A stretch of DNA of 32,000 nucleotides, taken from assembly GCF_021054785.1 (NCBI RefSeq), contig NZ_CP088239.1:1770001-1802000 (forward strand). The letters are read 5' to 3'. Source of the DNA: Tannockella kyphosi (GTDB lineage: Bacteria; Bacillota_I; Bacilli_A; Erysipelotrichales; Coprobacillaceae). Below are positions 1 through 7,924 of this stretch, piece by piece. A program made the translations under genes and the position numbers. The notes beneath the pieces are model-generated. The model was not told the DNA's origin. It worked only from the letters and a program-made list of their open reading frames with translations, and searched no databases. Numbering within the stretch: position 1 is the first letter of the stretch; each line of letters opens with the position of its first letter.

Positions 1-698
1 ACAAACTCACCTATCAACTCCACAGGATTATCGTGTTCATCACGATTTACTACATACCTTGGTTGATACCATAAAATCTTACCTTCTTGATCATAACAAC
101 GGAACGTATGAATTGGTGTTTTCCCTTCATACATTCTTTCCACCATACCTTGAAAAGATTCCAAATCTTCTTGTACTAATACACCAGAACTTATTACTTC
201 TTCTGGATAGTTATGCATAATGGAACTTAAATCAAATTGTTTTCCAATAGGTCCAATAAACTGAATATCACGCGTTAAAATATCCAAACGAAATGGATAA
301 GAAAAAGACCCTTCATATAATGTTTGAAAACAACGATTTTTCATTAAAATATCATGAATACTTTCAAAATAAAAGGAACCAATAAGATATAATTCATCTT
401 CTGATAAATAACCTATTCTCATTGAAATAGCCATAAACCCTAATTTACCTACTGATATTTTACAATCTGATAGTTTTAGTTCTTCTTTGGTTGCAAAAAC
501 TTTTGTACAAATCTCTTCAAATGATATCGGTAATTCTATCATTGTAAGGAAGCTTTCTAATTCCATTGAATCTTGTATTAAACCTATTTTTTTTGAAATA
601 TCATTACAATAAACTATTTTACTTTTTTTAATATTCATAATTAATACTGGTTCTATTAAATCATTATCTATTATCTCCATTTTCCAATTTTCTATCAT
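1..698 (-). CDS. PAS-domain sensor protein, N-terminal 232 codons (3' end runs off the window)
   Basis: Not in the ORF track because it is open to the window edge. I checked every minus-strand codon from ATG 698..696 to position 3 and found no stop. An upstream in-frame stop lies at 720..722. SD GGGAG sits 9 nt upstream. The window-proximal end reads ...FRCYDQEGKILWYQPRYVVNRDEHDNPVELIGEF, a typical PAS/PAC core. Confidence 0.5.
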   Translation of the reverse strand, partial: MIENWKMEIIDNDLIEPVLIMNIKKSKIVYCNDISKKIGLIQDSMELESFLTMIELPISFEEICTKVFATKEELKLSDCKISVGKLGFMAISMRIGYLSEDELYLIGSFYFESIHDILMKNRCFQTLYEGSFSYPFRLDILTRDIQFIGPIGKQFDLSSIMHNYPEEVISSGVLVQEDLESFQGMVERMYEGKTPIHTFRCYDQEGKILWYQPRYVVNRDEHDNPVELIGEF

Positions 699-1003
699 AC
701 TATCATTCTCCCAACTTACTTATCTTTATCCTATCACTTACAATCTCTTTTTTCCAATATTTTTTTGTATAATAGTAAATATTTATCTATGATTTATGAT
801 TTTACCTTTTTATAATCAATAAGTTATCGTTTTAGTATATTTTATATAGAAAAACATTTATTATTATTTTAATAAGATAATTTTTATTAAATAAAAAAGA
901 GGAGATGATTTCACTATTTTATTAATTCGTGGTAAAATAAATTTATCTTACTATTAACAAAAACAATGAAGAACTATTGGGTGCAATAGAGAAGGAGAAT
1001 AGA

Positions 1004-2155
1004 ATGATTATTCAAAGTAAAAGAGTTTGGTTTGCGGATCAATTTGTTAGTGCACAAGTTGAAATAGAAGACGGGAAAATTATAGGGATTTATGATTATG
1101 GTAAAAAAGAAGTAGATAAAGATTATGGTACTAAAAGAATTTTACCTGGATTTATTGATATTCATACTCATGGAGCATATGGATTTGATACTAATGATGC
1201 TACTGAAGAAGGATTACGTTATTGGTTAGAAAATATTACGGATGAGGGAGTTACTACTATTTTCCCTACTACTATTACACAAAGTGAAGAAGTATTAACT
1301 GCTGCACTTAAAAATGTAGCGAAGGTAGTAAAAGATGGTTATCGTGGTGCGGATGTTGTAGGGATTCATTTTGAAGGACCTTATTTAGATATGGTTTATA
1401 AAGGAGCTCAACCAGAACAACATATTGTGAAGCCTACTATTGAACAATTTGAACGTTATCAAGAAGCTGCAGGTGGTTTAATTAAATATATTACAATGGC
1501 TACAGAACAAGATGATGATTTTGAATTAACTCGTTATTTAGTACAAAATGGTGTTACTGTTAGTATTGGGCATTCTGCTGCAACTTATGATCAAGCAGTT
1601 CGTGCTTATGGTTATGGTGCTAGAAGTATGACTCATGTATATAATGGGATGACTCCATTTAATCATCGTGAAAATGGATTAGTTGGTGCTGCTTATCGTT
1701 TAAGAGGGATGTATGGAGAAATCATTTGTGATGGAAATCATTCTACTCTTGCTGCATTAAATAATTTCTTTATTTCTAAAGGACCTAATTACGCTATTAT
1801 GGTATCGGATGCCTTAATGTGCAAAGGGAAAAAAGTAGGATCTAAATTCTTGTTTGGTGGAAATGAAATAGAAATCTATCCAGATGGAAGTGCTCATTTA
1901 ACATCTGGTAAGAAAAACTTAGCTGGTTCAACATTACGTTTAAATCAAGGTTTACGAATCTTAATTGAAGAAGCTTGTGTTCCAATGAATACAGCTATTA
2001 ATTCTTGTACTATTAATCCAGCTCGTTGTTTACATATTGATCATTATAAAGGAGCTATCGGGGTTGGTTTTGATGCAGATATGGTTGTCTTAGAAGATGA
2101 TTATGAAGTATTAGAAACATTCTGTAAAGGGGAGATGATGTTGCATGGCTGCTAA
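1004..2155 (+). CDS. nagA: N-acetylglucosamine-6-phosphate deacetylase
   Basis: Motifs PGFIDIHTHG, HFEGPY and SIGHS, about 383 aa, amidohydrolase layout. ATG 1004 preceded by AAGGAG (992..997) is preferred over the track's TTG at 977. Confidence 0.85.
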   Translation: MIIQSKRVWFADQFVSAQVEIEDGKIIGIYDYGKKEVDKDYGTKRILPGFIDIHTHGAYGFDTNDATEEGLRYWLENITDEGVTTIFPTTITQSEEVLTAALKNVAKVVKDGYRGADVVGIHFEGPYLDMVYKGAQPEQHIVKPTIEQFERYQEAAGGLIKYITMATEQDDDFELTRYLVQNGVTVSIGHSAATYDQAVRAYGYGARSMTHVYNGMTPFNHRENGLVGAAYRLRGMYGEIICDGNHSTLAALNNFFISKGPNYAIMVSDALMCKGKKVGSKFLFGGNEIEIYPDGSAHLTSGKKNLAGSTLRLNQGLRILIEEACVPMNTAINSCTINPARCLHIDHYKGAIGVGFDADMVVLEDDYEVLETFCKGEMMLHGC

Positions 2156-2660
2156 AAAGGGAATTTCAGGCAATCATATTTATATTGATAAACGTAATCG
2201 TTATATTCATTATGATAATTTTACAAAAAAAGGTTATCTGATTGATCGTCAATCTGAAGATAAATATAGACTTTATCAAAATAGATTTATTTTCATTGTT
2301 TGTTTAATGGTATTATGTATTGATTTCTTCAGTTCATGGTTTACATTCTTTGGTTTCTTTGCAATATTATTTGTTCTGATTGAATTAGTTTTCCGTTATA
2401 CATTCTTATTAAAGTTACGTACTGTTGCTACTATTGAAAAAGCAACGAAATATACAATGGTAAAAGAAGTAGCTGAATCAAAAGACAAAAAGAAAGTTTT
2501 ATTAAAAATTGGTTTATATTCTGCATTTGGGGTACTGATTATTGTAAATGCTTATTTATCAGATTTTGATACTTCAACATTTATATTGTGTTTAGGACTT
2601 TCTTTCTTTGCATTCTACTATGTATATATTAATATCGTAGCCTATTTTAAAATCAAATAG
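2145..2660 (+). CDS. Membrane protein of unknown function (about 4 TM segments)
   Basis: 171-aa ORF overlapping the nagA stop by 11 nt, with SD GGGGAG upstream. Hydrophobic segments are visible. No recognised family. Confidence 0.6.
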   Translation: MAAKKGISGNHIYIDKRNRYIHYDNFTKKGYLIDRQSEDKYRLYQNRFIFIVCLMVLCIDFFSSWFTFFGFFAILFVLIELVFRYTFLLKLRTVATIEKATKYTMVKEVAESKDKKKVLLKIGLYSAFGVLIIVNAYLSDFDTSTFILCLGLSFFAFYYVYINIVAYFKIK

Positions 2661-2662
2661 TA

Positions 2663-2688
2663 ATAGCAATCCCTTAGGGGATTGCTAT
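2663..2688. terminator. Bidirectional stem-loop between convergent genes
   Basis: ATAGCAATCCC-ttag-GGGATTGCTAT perfect 11-bp stem, followed by TTTTAG on +. Confidence 0.6.
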
Positions 2689-3344
2689 TTTAGTATTTCA
2701 TAATTAAATTGTAGAAAATGATCAATGCATTCATTTGCACCATATTCTATTAATGTCTCTGGTAATGCTTCTTTACTAATACCTACAATATAACCTGCTC
2801 CTATTGATTTAGCACAAGTAATACCTGTTTTACTGTCTTCAAAAATAATACAATCTTTTGCATCAACATTCATATCTTTTAATGTAGCTTGATACATTTC
2901 TATTTTTGTTGGATAACTTCCATCATCATAGAACACATGATTTATATCAAAATAGTCTCCTAATGAAAATATATCAAAGAAAAAATCTATATTTTCTTTA
3001 ATAGAAGCACTTGCTATTGTAAAAGGAATCTTGTTTTCCTTTAAATATTGAAACAGTTCAATAGCACCATCTACTAAATGCAACTTATCTGGATTTTCTA
3101 AACAAATAGCACGATAAAGAGCCTCTTTTTGTAACGAATAATATTCATTTTCCAATTCACTTAATTCTGGTTTTAGATTATGAATCGTTTGTGCATTGTT
3201 TGATCCATGTAATCGAATCCGAATTTCATCATTTATTTTGCTACCTGTTATTTCTTTTACAGTCTTTGCCCATGCTATATCATGAAAAGCGGTATCAAAG
3301 AATAATGTCCCATTAAAATCAAAAATCACTGCCTTTACTTTCAT
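2685..3344 (-). CDS. HAD-superfamily hydrolase (beta-phosphoglucomutase/phosphatase-like subfamily IA)
   Basis: Motif I VIFDFNGTLFFDT, motif II TIASAS, motif IV IIFEDSKTGI. 219 aa. Motif I is D-x-N instead of D-x-D. Confidence 0.75.
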   Translation of the reverse strand: MKVKAVIFDFNGTLFFDTAFHDIAWAKTVKEITGSKINDEIRIRLHGSNNAQTIHNLKPELSELENEYYSLQKEALYRAICLENPDKLHLVDGAIELFQYLKENKIPFTIASASIKENIDFFFDIFSLGDYFDINHVFYDDGSYPTKIEMYQATLKDMNVDAKDCIIFEDSKTGITCAKSIGAGYIVGISKEALPETLIEYGANECIDHFLQFNYEILK

Positions 3345-3442
3345 AGTACCTCCCTATAAATCCTCTTATTAATATCCTAGCATATTTAAGAAGGTATCGC
3401 ATCATTAAATTAGATATTCCTTGTTTTAATAAAAAAAGAGTG

Positions 3443-3709
3443 TTAGTCCACTCCCTTTAATAAGCACAATGTATAACACATTAAATAAACTATTTGTGTT
3501 AATATAAATGAAAAAATCATGTGCATAATTTCTACAAAAGGAATAATTGCAGCAATTATCAATAACAATGTCCCAAATACCTTTACTCCTAAATTCAGGT
3601 ATTGAAAATCTTGTATATGAACATTTCCTTTTCTAATAATATATGCATTAATTAAAAATAATAATATTGCTAAAAATAGAACTAAATTTTTTCCTGCTAT
3701 AAACTCCAT
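3443..3709 (-). CDS. Small membrane protein (3 predicted TM segments), unknown function
   Basis: 88-aa ORF, almost entirely hydrophobic helices. SD GGGAGG lies upstream at about 3718..3723. Confidence 0.5.
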   Translation of the reverse strand: MEFIAGKNLVLFLAILLFLINAYIIRKGNVHIQDFQYLNLGVKVFGTLLLIIAAIIPFVEIMHMIFSFILTQIVYLMCYTLCLLKGVD

Positions 3710-3788
3710 TATATTGTCCTCCCGTGACTATTTTAGTATATCATAAAACATCTTATAAGACTTCTTATATAATAAAAAGATACTTCTA

Positions 3789-4442
3789 CTATGAAATATC
3801 TTTTTCTCTGTATTCATGATAACTCATGTATTCTTCACTGATTGTTTTACCAGTAGCTTCAAAGGTAATGATATCAGCAATATTAATTAATTGATAATCA
3901 TCTAAATATGAAAATAAATATATTTTATCTGATTTGAAAACATATCCTAAACATACTATTTCATCTTTGCCATTAATCAAAGCATATTCTTTAAAATCTA
4001 AACAGTAATTTATTAATTCATATATTCCTTTCGAAAAATCAACAGGACCTGCAGGATTATCAATATAAAAATAGTTAGTAACATTTTGTTGATACATCGT
4101 AGTTAGATTAGGTGCTATTAAAGATAGCTTTTGTAATACTTCTTGATTTCTTGGATTTGCAGTAAACGAACGTGCCATATGTAATGCAGTTACTAAATGA
4201 CCAATATCATGAGGAGTAAAAAAAGAATTCGTGAATTTATAATCTTCATCAATATTCACTCCACCACCAGCTCCTTGTTGACAATATACTGGTATTCCAG
4301 CTAATGCTAGACGATCAATATCTCTTTCTATTGTTTTTGTGCTTACTTCAAATTTTTTTGATAATTCTTTATAAGTTGATTTTTTTATTTTTAATAAATG
4401 GATTAGTAATTCTAACTGTCTATTTTTCATTTTTTCTCCCAT
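3789..4442 (-). CDS. HTH-WYL transcriptional regulator (YafY/PafBC-like)
   Basis: N-terminus LELLIHLLKIKKSTYKELSKKFEVSTKTIERDIDRLALAGIPVYCQQGAGGG matches the HTH_11 pattern of YafY-type regulators. C-terminus KIYLFSYLDDYQLINIADIITFE is WYL-like. An alternative start is ATG 4430. Confidence 0.65.
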   Translation of the reverse strand: MGEKMKNRQLELLIHLLKIKKSTYKELSKKFEVSTKTIERDIDRLALAGIPVYCQQGAGGGVNIDEDYKFTNSFFTPHDIGHLVTALHMARSFTANPRNQEVLQKLSLIAPNLTTMYQQNVTNYFYIDNPAGPVDFSKGIYELINYCLDFKEYALINGKDEIVCLGYVFKSDKIYLFSYLDDYQLINIADIITFEATGKTISEEYMSYHEYREKDIS

Positions 4443-4502
4443 TTTCCCTAAATTATTCGTTATTCTACTTCTTGTTTTTTACTTTTATGTGAACTTTCAC
4501 AT

Positions 4503-4529
4503 AAAAAAAAGAAGTTGTTAAACAACTTC
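4503..4529 (-). terminator. Rho-independent terminator of gene 4529..4912
   Basis: Minus strand reads GAAGTTG-tttaa-CAACTTC followed by T8. The stem abuts the stop codon. Confidence 0.65.
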
Positions 4530-4912
4530 TAGTTTTTAGACAAAATCCATTGATAATCTACTTCTTGATCATGATATATTTTAATATCCAAATTAATCTT
4601 ATCCATAATACAACTAAAATACATAATATTATGATCATACATTTCTTCCATGATTTCTACTGTATTAGCTCTTATATGATCCTTTAACTCTTGAAAAGAT
4701 AATTCTTTACGAAATTCCTCTTGATAATAACTAGCTTTTACATGTTGTTTTTCCAATCTTGCAAAAGTTAATACAGCTTTACCAATACGGAATCCCTCCT
4801 CCCCATGATTATGGTTTGTATAACTTTCATCCAATGTTAATTGCATATTGTTTTCTTGATCAAATGATATATTTCTTAAATACATATTATGTAGTGAAAA
4901 CCTTTTTTTCAT
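4529..4912 (-). CDS. Hypothetical cytoplasmic protein (127 aa)
   Basis: ORF with GGAGGA SD 7 nt before ATG 4912, preferred over the track start at 4945. No recognisable motif. Confidence 0.55.
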   Translation of the reverse strand: MKKRFSLHNMYLRNISFDQENNMQLTLDESYTNHNHGEEGFRIGKAVLTFARLEKQHVKASYYQEEFRKELSFQELKDHIRANTVEIMEEMYDHNIMYFSCIMDKINLDIKIYHDQEVDYQWILSKN

Positions 4913-4947
4913 TGTAATATCCTCCTCGCTTCTATAATATAACAAAC

Positions 4948-4974
4948 TAAACTAGACACAGTATGTCTAGTTTA
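4948..4974. repeat. Inverted repeat copy 1: T-AAACTAGACA-cagta-TGTCTAGTTT-A
   Basis: Perfect 11-bp arms. Same arms as copy 2 at 5635..5661. Lies about 36 nt upstream of the start at 4912. Confidence 0.8.
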
Positions 4975-5033
4975 TAAAAAATTGATAAAAATTTTTATTT
5001 TTTCAAAACAAAAAGCAACGTTCCCGTTACTTT

Positions 5034-5219
5034 CTAATACCAAGCATATCCTTGGTTTGATTCTACGTGCATTACATTCATATCTATTTGTTGAATAGAA
5101 TATTCTAATTGTTTATTATAGAAAAATACTGCTGGATTTCCTACTGTAAAACAAACTGCTACCGTAATAACTACTAGCATCATTAATACAAATAATACTC
5201 TTTGCATTTCTATCGTCAT
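5034..5219 (-). CDS. Small single-pass membrane protein (61 aa)
   Basis: One hydrophobic helix (VLFVLMMLVVITVAVCF). Separated by 9 nt from the upstream lipoprotein gene. SD GGGGGA. Confidence 0.45.
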   Translation of the reverse strand: MTIEMQRVLFVLMMLVVITVAVCFTVGNPAVFFYNKQLEYSIQQIDMNVMHVESNQGYAWY

Positions 5220-5228
5220 CGAATCCCC

Positions 5229-5600
5229 CTATTCATCGTTCAAAAGAAAACTGGCAATAGTTGCTCCTTCTTCTATAACGAAATATTCTCGACTTTTATC
5301 TACACCTATTTTATACCCGTACTTTTTTAGTTCCGGACCATTAGTATACTCAAAAGCGACTACATATGTCAATACTTCTTCATAAAGATAACTATATACA
5401 CAGCGACTGATTTTTGCTTCGATCATCTCTTCATTTTCAAACATTCGTTCTAGGTTTTCTTTTGCATATACTTTGGCTTGTTGAGATTGTTTACACAGGT
5501 GCTCTAGATATCCATAACTATCTTCTTTTTCAACCTTATTACATCCCGTTACTCCCGCCAACAATACAACAACTATCAACAAAACCTTTATCAATTTCAC
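5229..5600 (-). CDS. Putative lipoprotein (about 123 aa)
   Basis: From GTG 5600 (SD AAAGGAG 9 nt upstream) the product starts MKLIKVLLIVVVLLAGVTGC, a classical signal peptide with a lipobox Cys. The track start at 5627 is probably too early. Confidence 0.6.
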   Translation of the reverse strand: MKLIKVLLIVVVLLAGVTGCNKVEKEDSYGYLEHLCKQSQQAKVYAKENLERMFENEEMIEAKISRCVYSYLYEEVLTYVVAFEYTNGPELKKYGYKIGVDKSREYFVIEEGATIASFLLNDE

Positions 5601-5634
5601 AATCACCAGCTCCTTTAACACCATCATAACAAAT

Positions 5635-5661
5635 CAAACTAGACACCTTATGTCTAGTTTG
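5635..5661. repeat. Inverted repeat copy 2: C-AAACTAGACA-cctta-TGTCTAGTTT-G
   Basis: Arms identical to copy 1. Lies about 35 nt upstream of the lipoprotein start at 5600. Confidence 0.8.
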
Positions 5662-5768
5662 ACTTTTATTATATAAAAATAGTACAAATAAAAGATACAT
5701 TTCCTCCTAGCGTGCTTGCACCACGCTATAGCCACTTACTTTTTGATTTCTGTAATTCGCTTGGAAGT

Positions 5769-5795
5769 TGAAAAAAGAACGATTTGATCGTTCTT
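5769..5795 (-). terminator. Rho-independent terminator after the Toprim-like gene
   Basis: Minus strand reads AAGAACGAT-caa-ATCGTTCTT followed by TTTTTCAA. It starts about 14 nt after the stop at 5809. Confidence 0.7.
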
Positions 5796-5808
5796 ATAAA
5801 ATGAAATT

Positions 5809-6507
5809 CTAATTTTTTTTACATTTGTTCAAATATATTGCAAAGTTAGAATATCTTTGCAACGAATTAGTCTGAAAAGATATAAACTTCCAACTTTCTT
5901 CGTATTCTCCATGCACCACAATTTCCTTTTGATTGAAAAACTCAATGAATTTAGATGGATTATCCATATAGTCAGACTCAAACTGTTTTGCTAGTTTGTT
6001 TTTATCCTCCATTTTTAAGTTTGCTTCACCATGTAATACATCATCCAAATTACATGAAAAGAAATAAACACTATATGGAATACTATTCCATACTTTTGGC
6101 AAATGAATTAACCTGTTCAAATTTTCCCTTTTTTGTTGATTTCTAATCATTATTCTTTTTACATCATTTGTGTTGATTACATCTTTTTCATAATGAATTT
6201 TACATTCATTTTCAACAATAGCTGTGTCCGGAATATATGCACCATCCATATCTACTAGATGCACTACTTCTAGAAAATCTTTTGGTTTGTATGATTGACC
6301 CTATCTTTCTTTGATAAAATCACCGATTTTACCAACAATATTCGTTGAATTAATTCCTGTTTTAGTTGTTAGGTCTCCGTCCGTCATTTCAAAATGTACT
6401 GAACTGTCCGTTAATATTTTTTCTAAACAAATTGATAGACTCGTCACATCATTTATTCCTTCAACAATAAAAAGAACGATTTTTTTGCTATTAGCCATTG
6501 TTATCAC
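5809..6507 (-). pseudogene. Toprim-like (DUF4435/AriB- or RloB-like) nuclease partner. One reading frame interrupted by a single in-frame TAG at 6301..6303.
   Basis: Track ORFs 6301..6507 and 5809..6264 are in the same frame: ...GDFIKER-TAG-GQSYKPKDFLEVVHLVDMDG... The N-terminus KKIVLFIVEGINDV supplies the Toprim Glu, and LVDMDGAY supplies the DxD. The likely start ATG 6498 overlaps the ATPase stop (ATGGCTAA). Confidence 0.6.
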
Positions 6508-7924
6508 CAGCTATTGAAAATGCGTGTCTTATCCTATGAGGACTTGTTATTTCATACATCACTTCGCTTTGTCCGCCTAATATAATATCATGAAAATACA
6601 TGTTTCTGAAATTATGATTTGCCTTCAAATTTTTAAATTTTATGTATCGGTTTTCTTCATTTGTGGTAGTGAATAGAATATTATTTTTATTAATTACCTC
6701 TAATGGGCGTAAGTTATGAGAAGTGAAAATTAATTGACCTTTTCCAAATTTTTCTATGATAGAAAGTATTTCTCCTAATAAGTGTTCAAAAATCCCTGAA
6801 TCAAATTCATCAACAGCAAGTGTCATAGAAGGATCATTATAAACCATTATTAACATATATAGAATGGAAACCAATTTTTTAATACCATCAGACTCATATT
6901 TTAATGGGATTTTTACATCTCCTCGATTTGCAATCAGCTCTGCAACAATAATTTTTTCATTGTTTTCATCAAGATTTGTACCAGTTTTTTGCAAACTTAT
7001 ACTAAGATGTGGAATGATTTCTTTTAGAACTGTATTGCTTGTTTCAATGTTTTTAGCAATTATTTTATAATGTTCTTCTGGGATTTGTGATGTTCCATTT
7101 AAATTCAATCTTCCTTTTAACATTGTCATACTATCTTTATGAGAAGAAACAAAAGCGATTGGGAAGCCAATATTTGCGTTTATTGCTCCTGTTTCTATAT
7201 TACTAATAACATGTAATTTATAAGTAGCATACATATTTATCATTTTAAAGATTTCTTTTACTTCCTCATCTAAGGAACTTTTAAAGATTATGTTTTGCAT
7301 CTTTGGAGAGAAAATAAATGATTTTGACATTCTTTTTGAAAATAATTTTTCGAATCGAACTTCGTCTTCAATTTCTTTTTTTCCGTTTGTTAACTTATGG
7401 TAATTTTTATTTGGAACCACTGGTTTTTCTTCTTCTTCAAAATATTCTAAAACTGGTGTCATTCTTGTCCAGCCTTTTTCTTTTAACCGAGAAATACATA
7501 AGCGTTCCATAGATATGTATATACTACTTTCAAAATCAATTTGTTCTGGTAGTGAAAAAAAGTCTGTATTTTTATCTTCTTGAACTGCTTTTTTTATTTC
7601 AAATTCATAAATACATTTGAACTTTTGTTTTTGAACATTCATTATTTCTAATTCGAATTTTGCAGTACTTTTTTCTTTGTTAGCCTTTATATAATTCTCA
7701 AAATCATTATCCAATCTATTTCCTATTAAGAGATTCTTCAATGTGTATAATGCGTATATTACTGTTGTTTTACCCGAACCATTTTGTCCATATATACCTA
7801 AAATATCGGATTTTTGATCATAAAAATTTTCGCATATTTTTTCTGAAAATGTGATATCTCCATTACCTACATTTTTTAAGTTCTTTATGTTTATTTTATT
7901 AATCCTAACTATTCCTCTATCCAT
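6491..7924 (-). CDS. ABC/OLD-type AAA ATPase (AAA_15/AAA_21-like; AriA/AbiLi-like)
   Basis: Walker A GQNGSGKTT, signature-like YESDGIKKL, Walker B LAVDEFDSGIFEHL, H-loop FTSHN, with a long insertion between Walker A and the signature motif. SD AAGGAG sits 8 nt before ATG 7924. Confidence 0.8.
   Translation of the reverse strand: MDRGIVRINKINIKNLKNVGNGDITFSEKICENFYDQKSDILGIYGQNGSGKTTVIYALYTLKNLLIGNRLDNDFENYIKANKEKSTAKFELEIMNVQKQKFKCIYEFEIKKAVQEDKNTDFFSLPEQIDFESSIYISMERLCISRLKEKGWTRMTPVLEYFEEEEKPVVPNKNYHKLTNGKKEIEDEVRFEKLFSKRMSKSFIFSPKMQNIIFKSSLDEEVKEIFKMINMYATYKLHVISNIETGAINANIGFPIAFVSSHKDSMTMLKGRLNLNGTSQIPEEHYKIIAKNIETSNTVLKEIIPHLSISLQKTGTNLDENNEKIIVAELIANRGDVKIPLKYESDGIKKLVSILYMLIMVYNDPSMTLAVDEFDSGIFEHLLGEILSIIEKFGKGQLIFTSHNLRPLEVINKNNILFTTTNEENRYIKFKNLKANHNFRNMYFHDIILGGQSEVMYEITSPHRIRHAFSIAGDNNG

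Noticed and set aside
977-1003. N-terminal extensions proposed by the ORF track: TTG 977 for nagA, 29502 for eda, 10303 for MATE, 17461, 4945, 5627 and 24919
   Set aside because: In each case an internal ATG or GTG lies at proper distance from a GGAGG-type SD, and the extension overlaps the upstream gene or lacks an SD. The shorter starts are reported instead. Start choice remains uncertain without N-terminal data.
5533-5728. AGGAGGAAATG at 5698..5708 (minus strand) opening an ORF of about 55 codons, next to a GC-rich hairpin TAGCGTG-N7-CACGCTA (5708..5728)
   Set aside because: The SD-to-ATG spacing is only 2 nt. The ORF runs out of frame across the IR and the lipoprotein start, and its product has no features. 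The hairpin may belong to the lipoprotein leader, but I cannot support a function.
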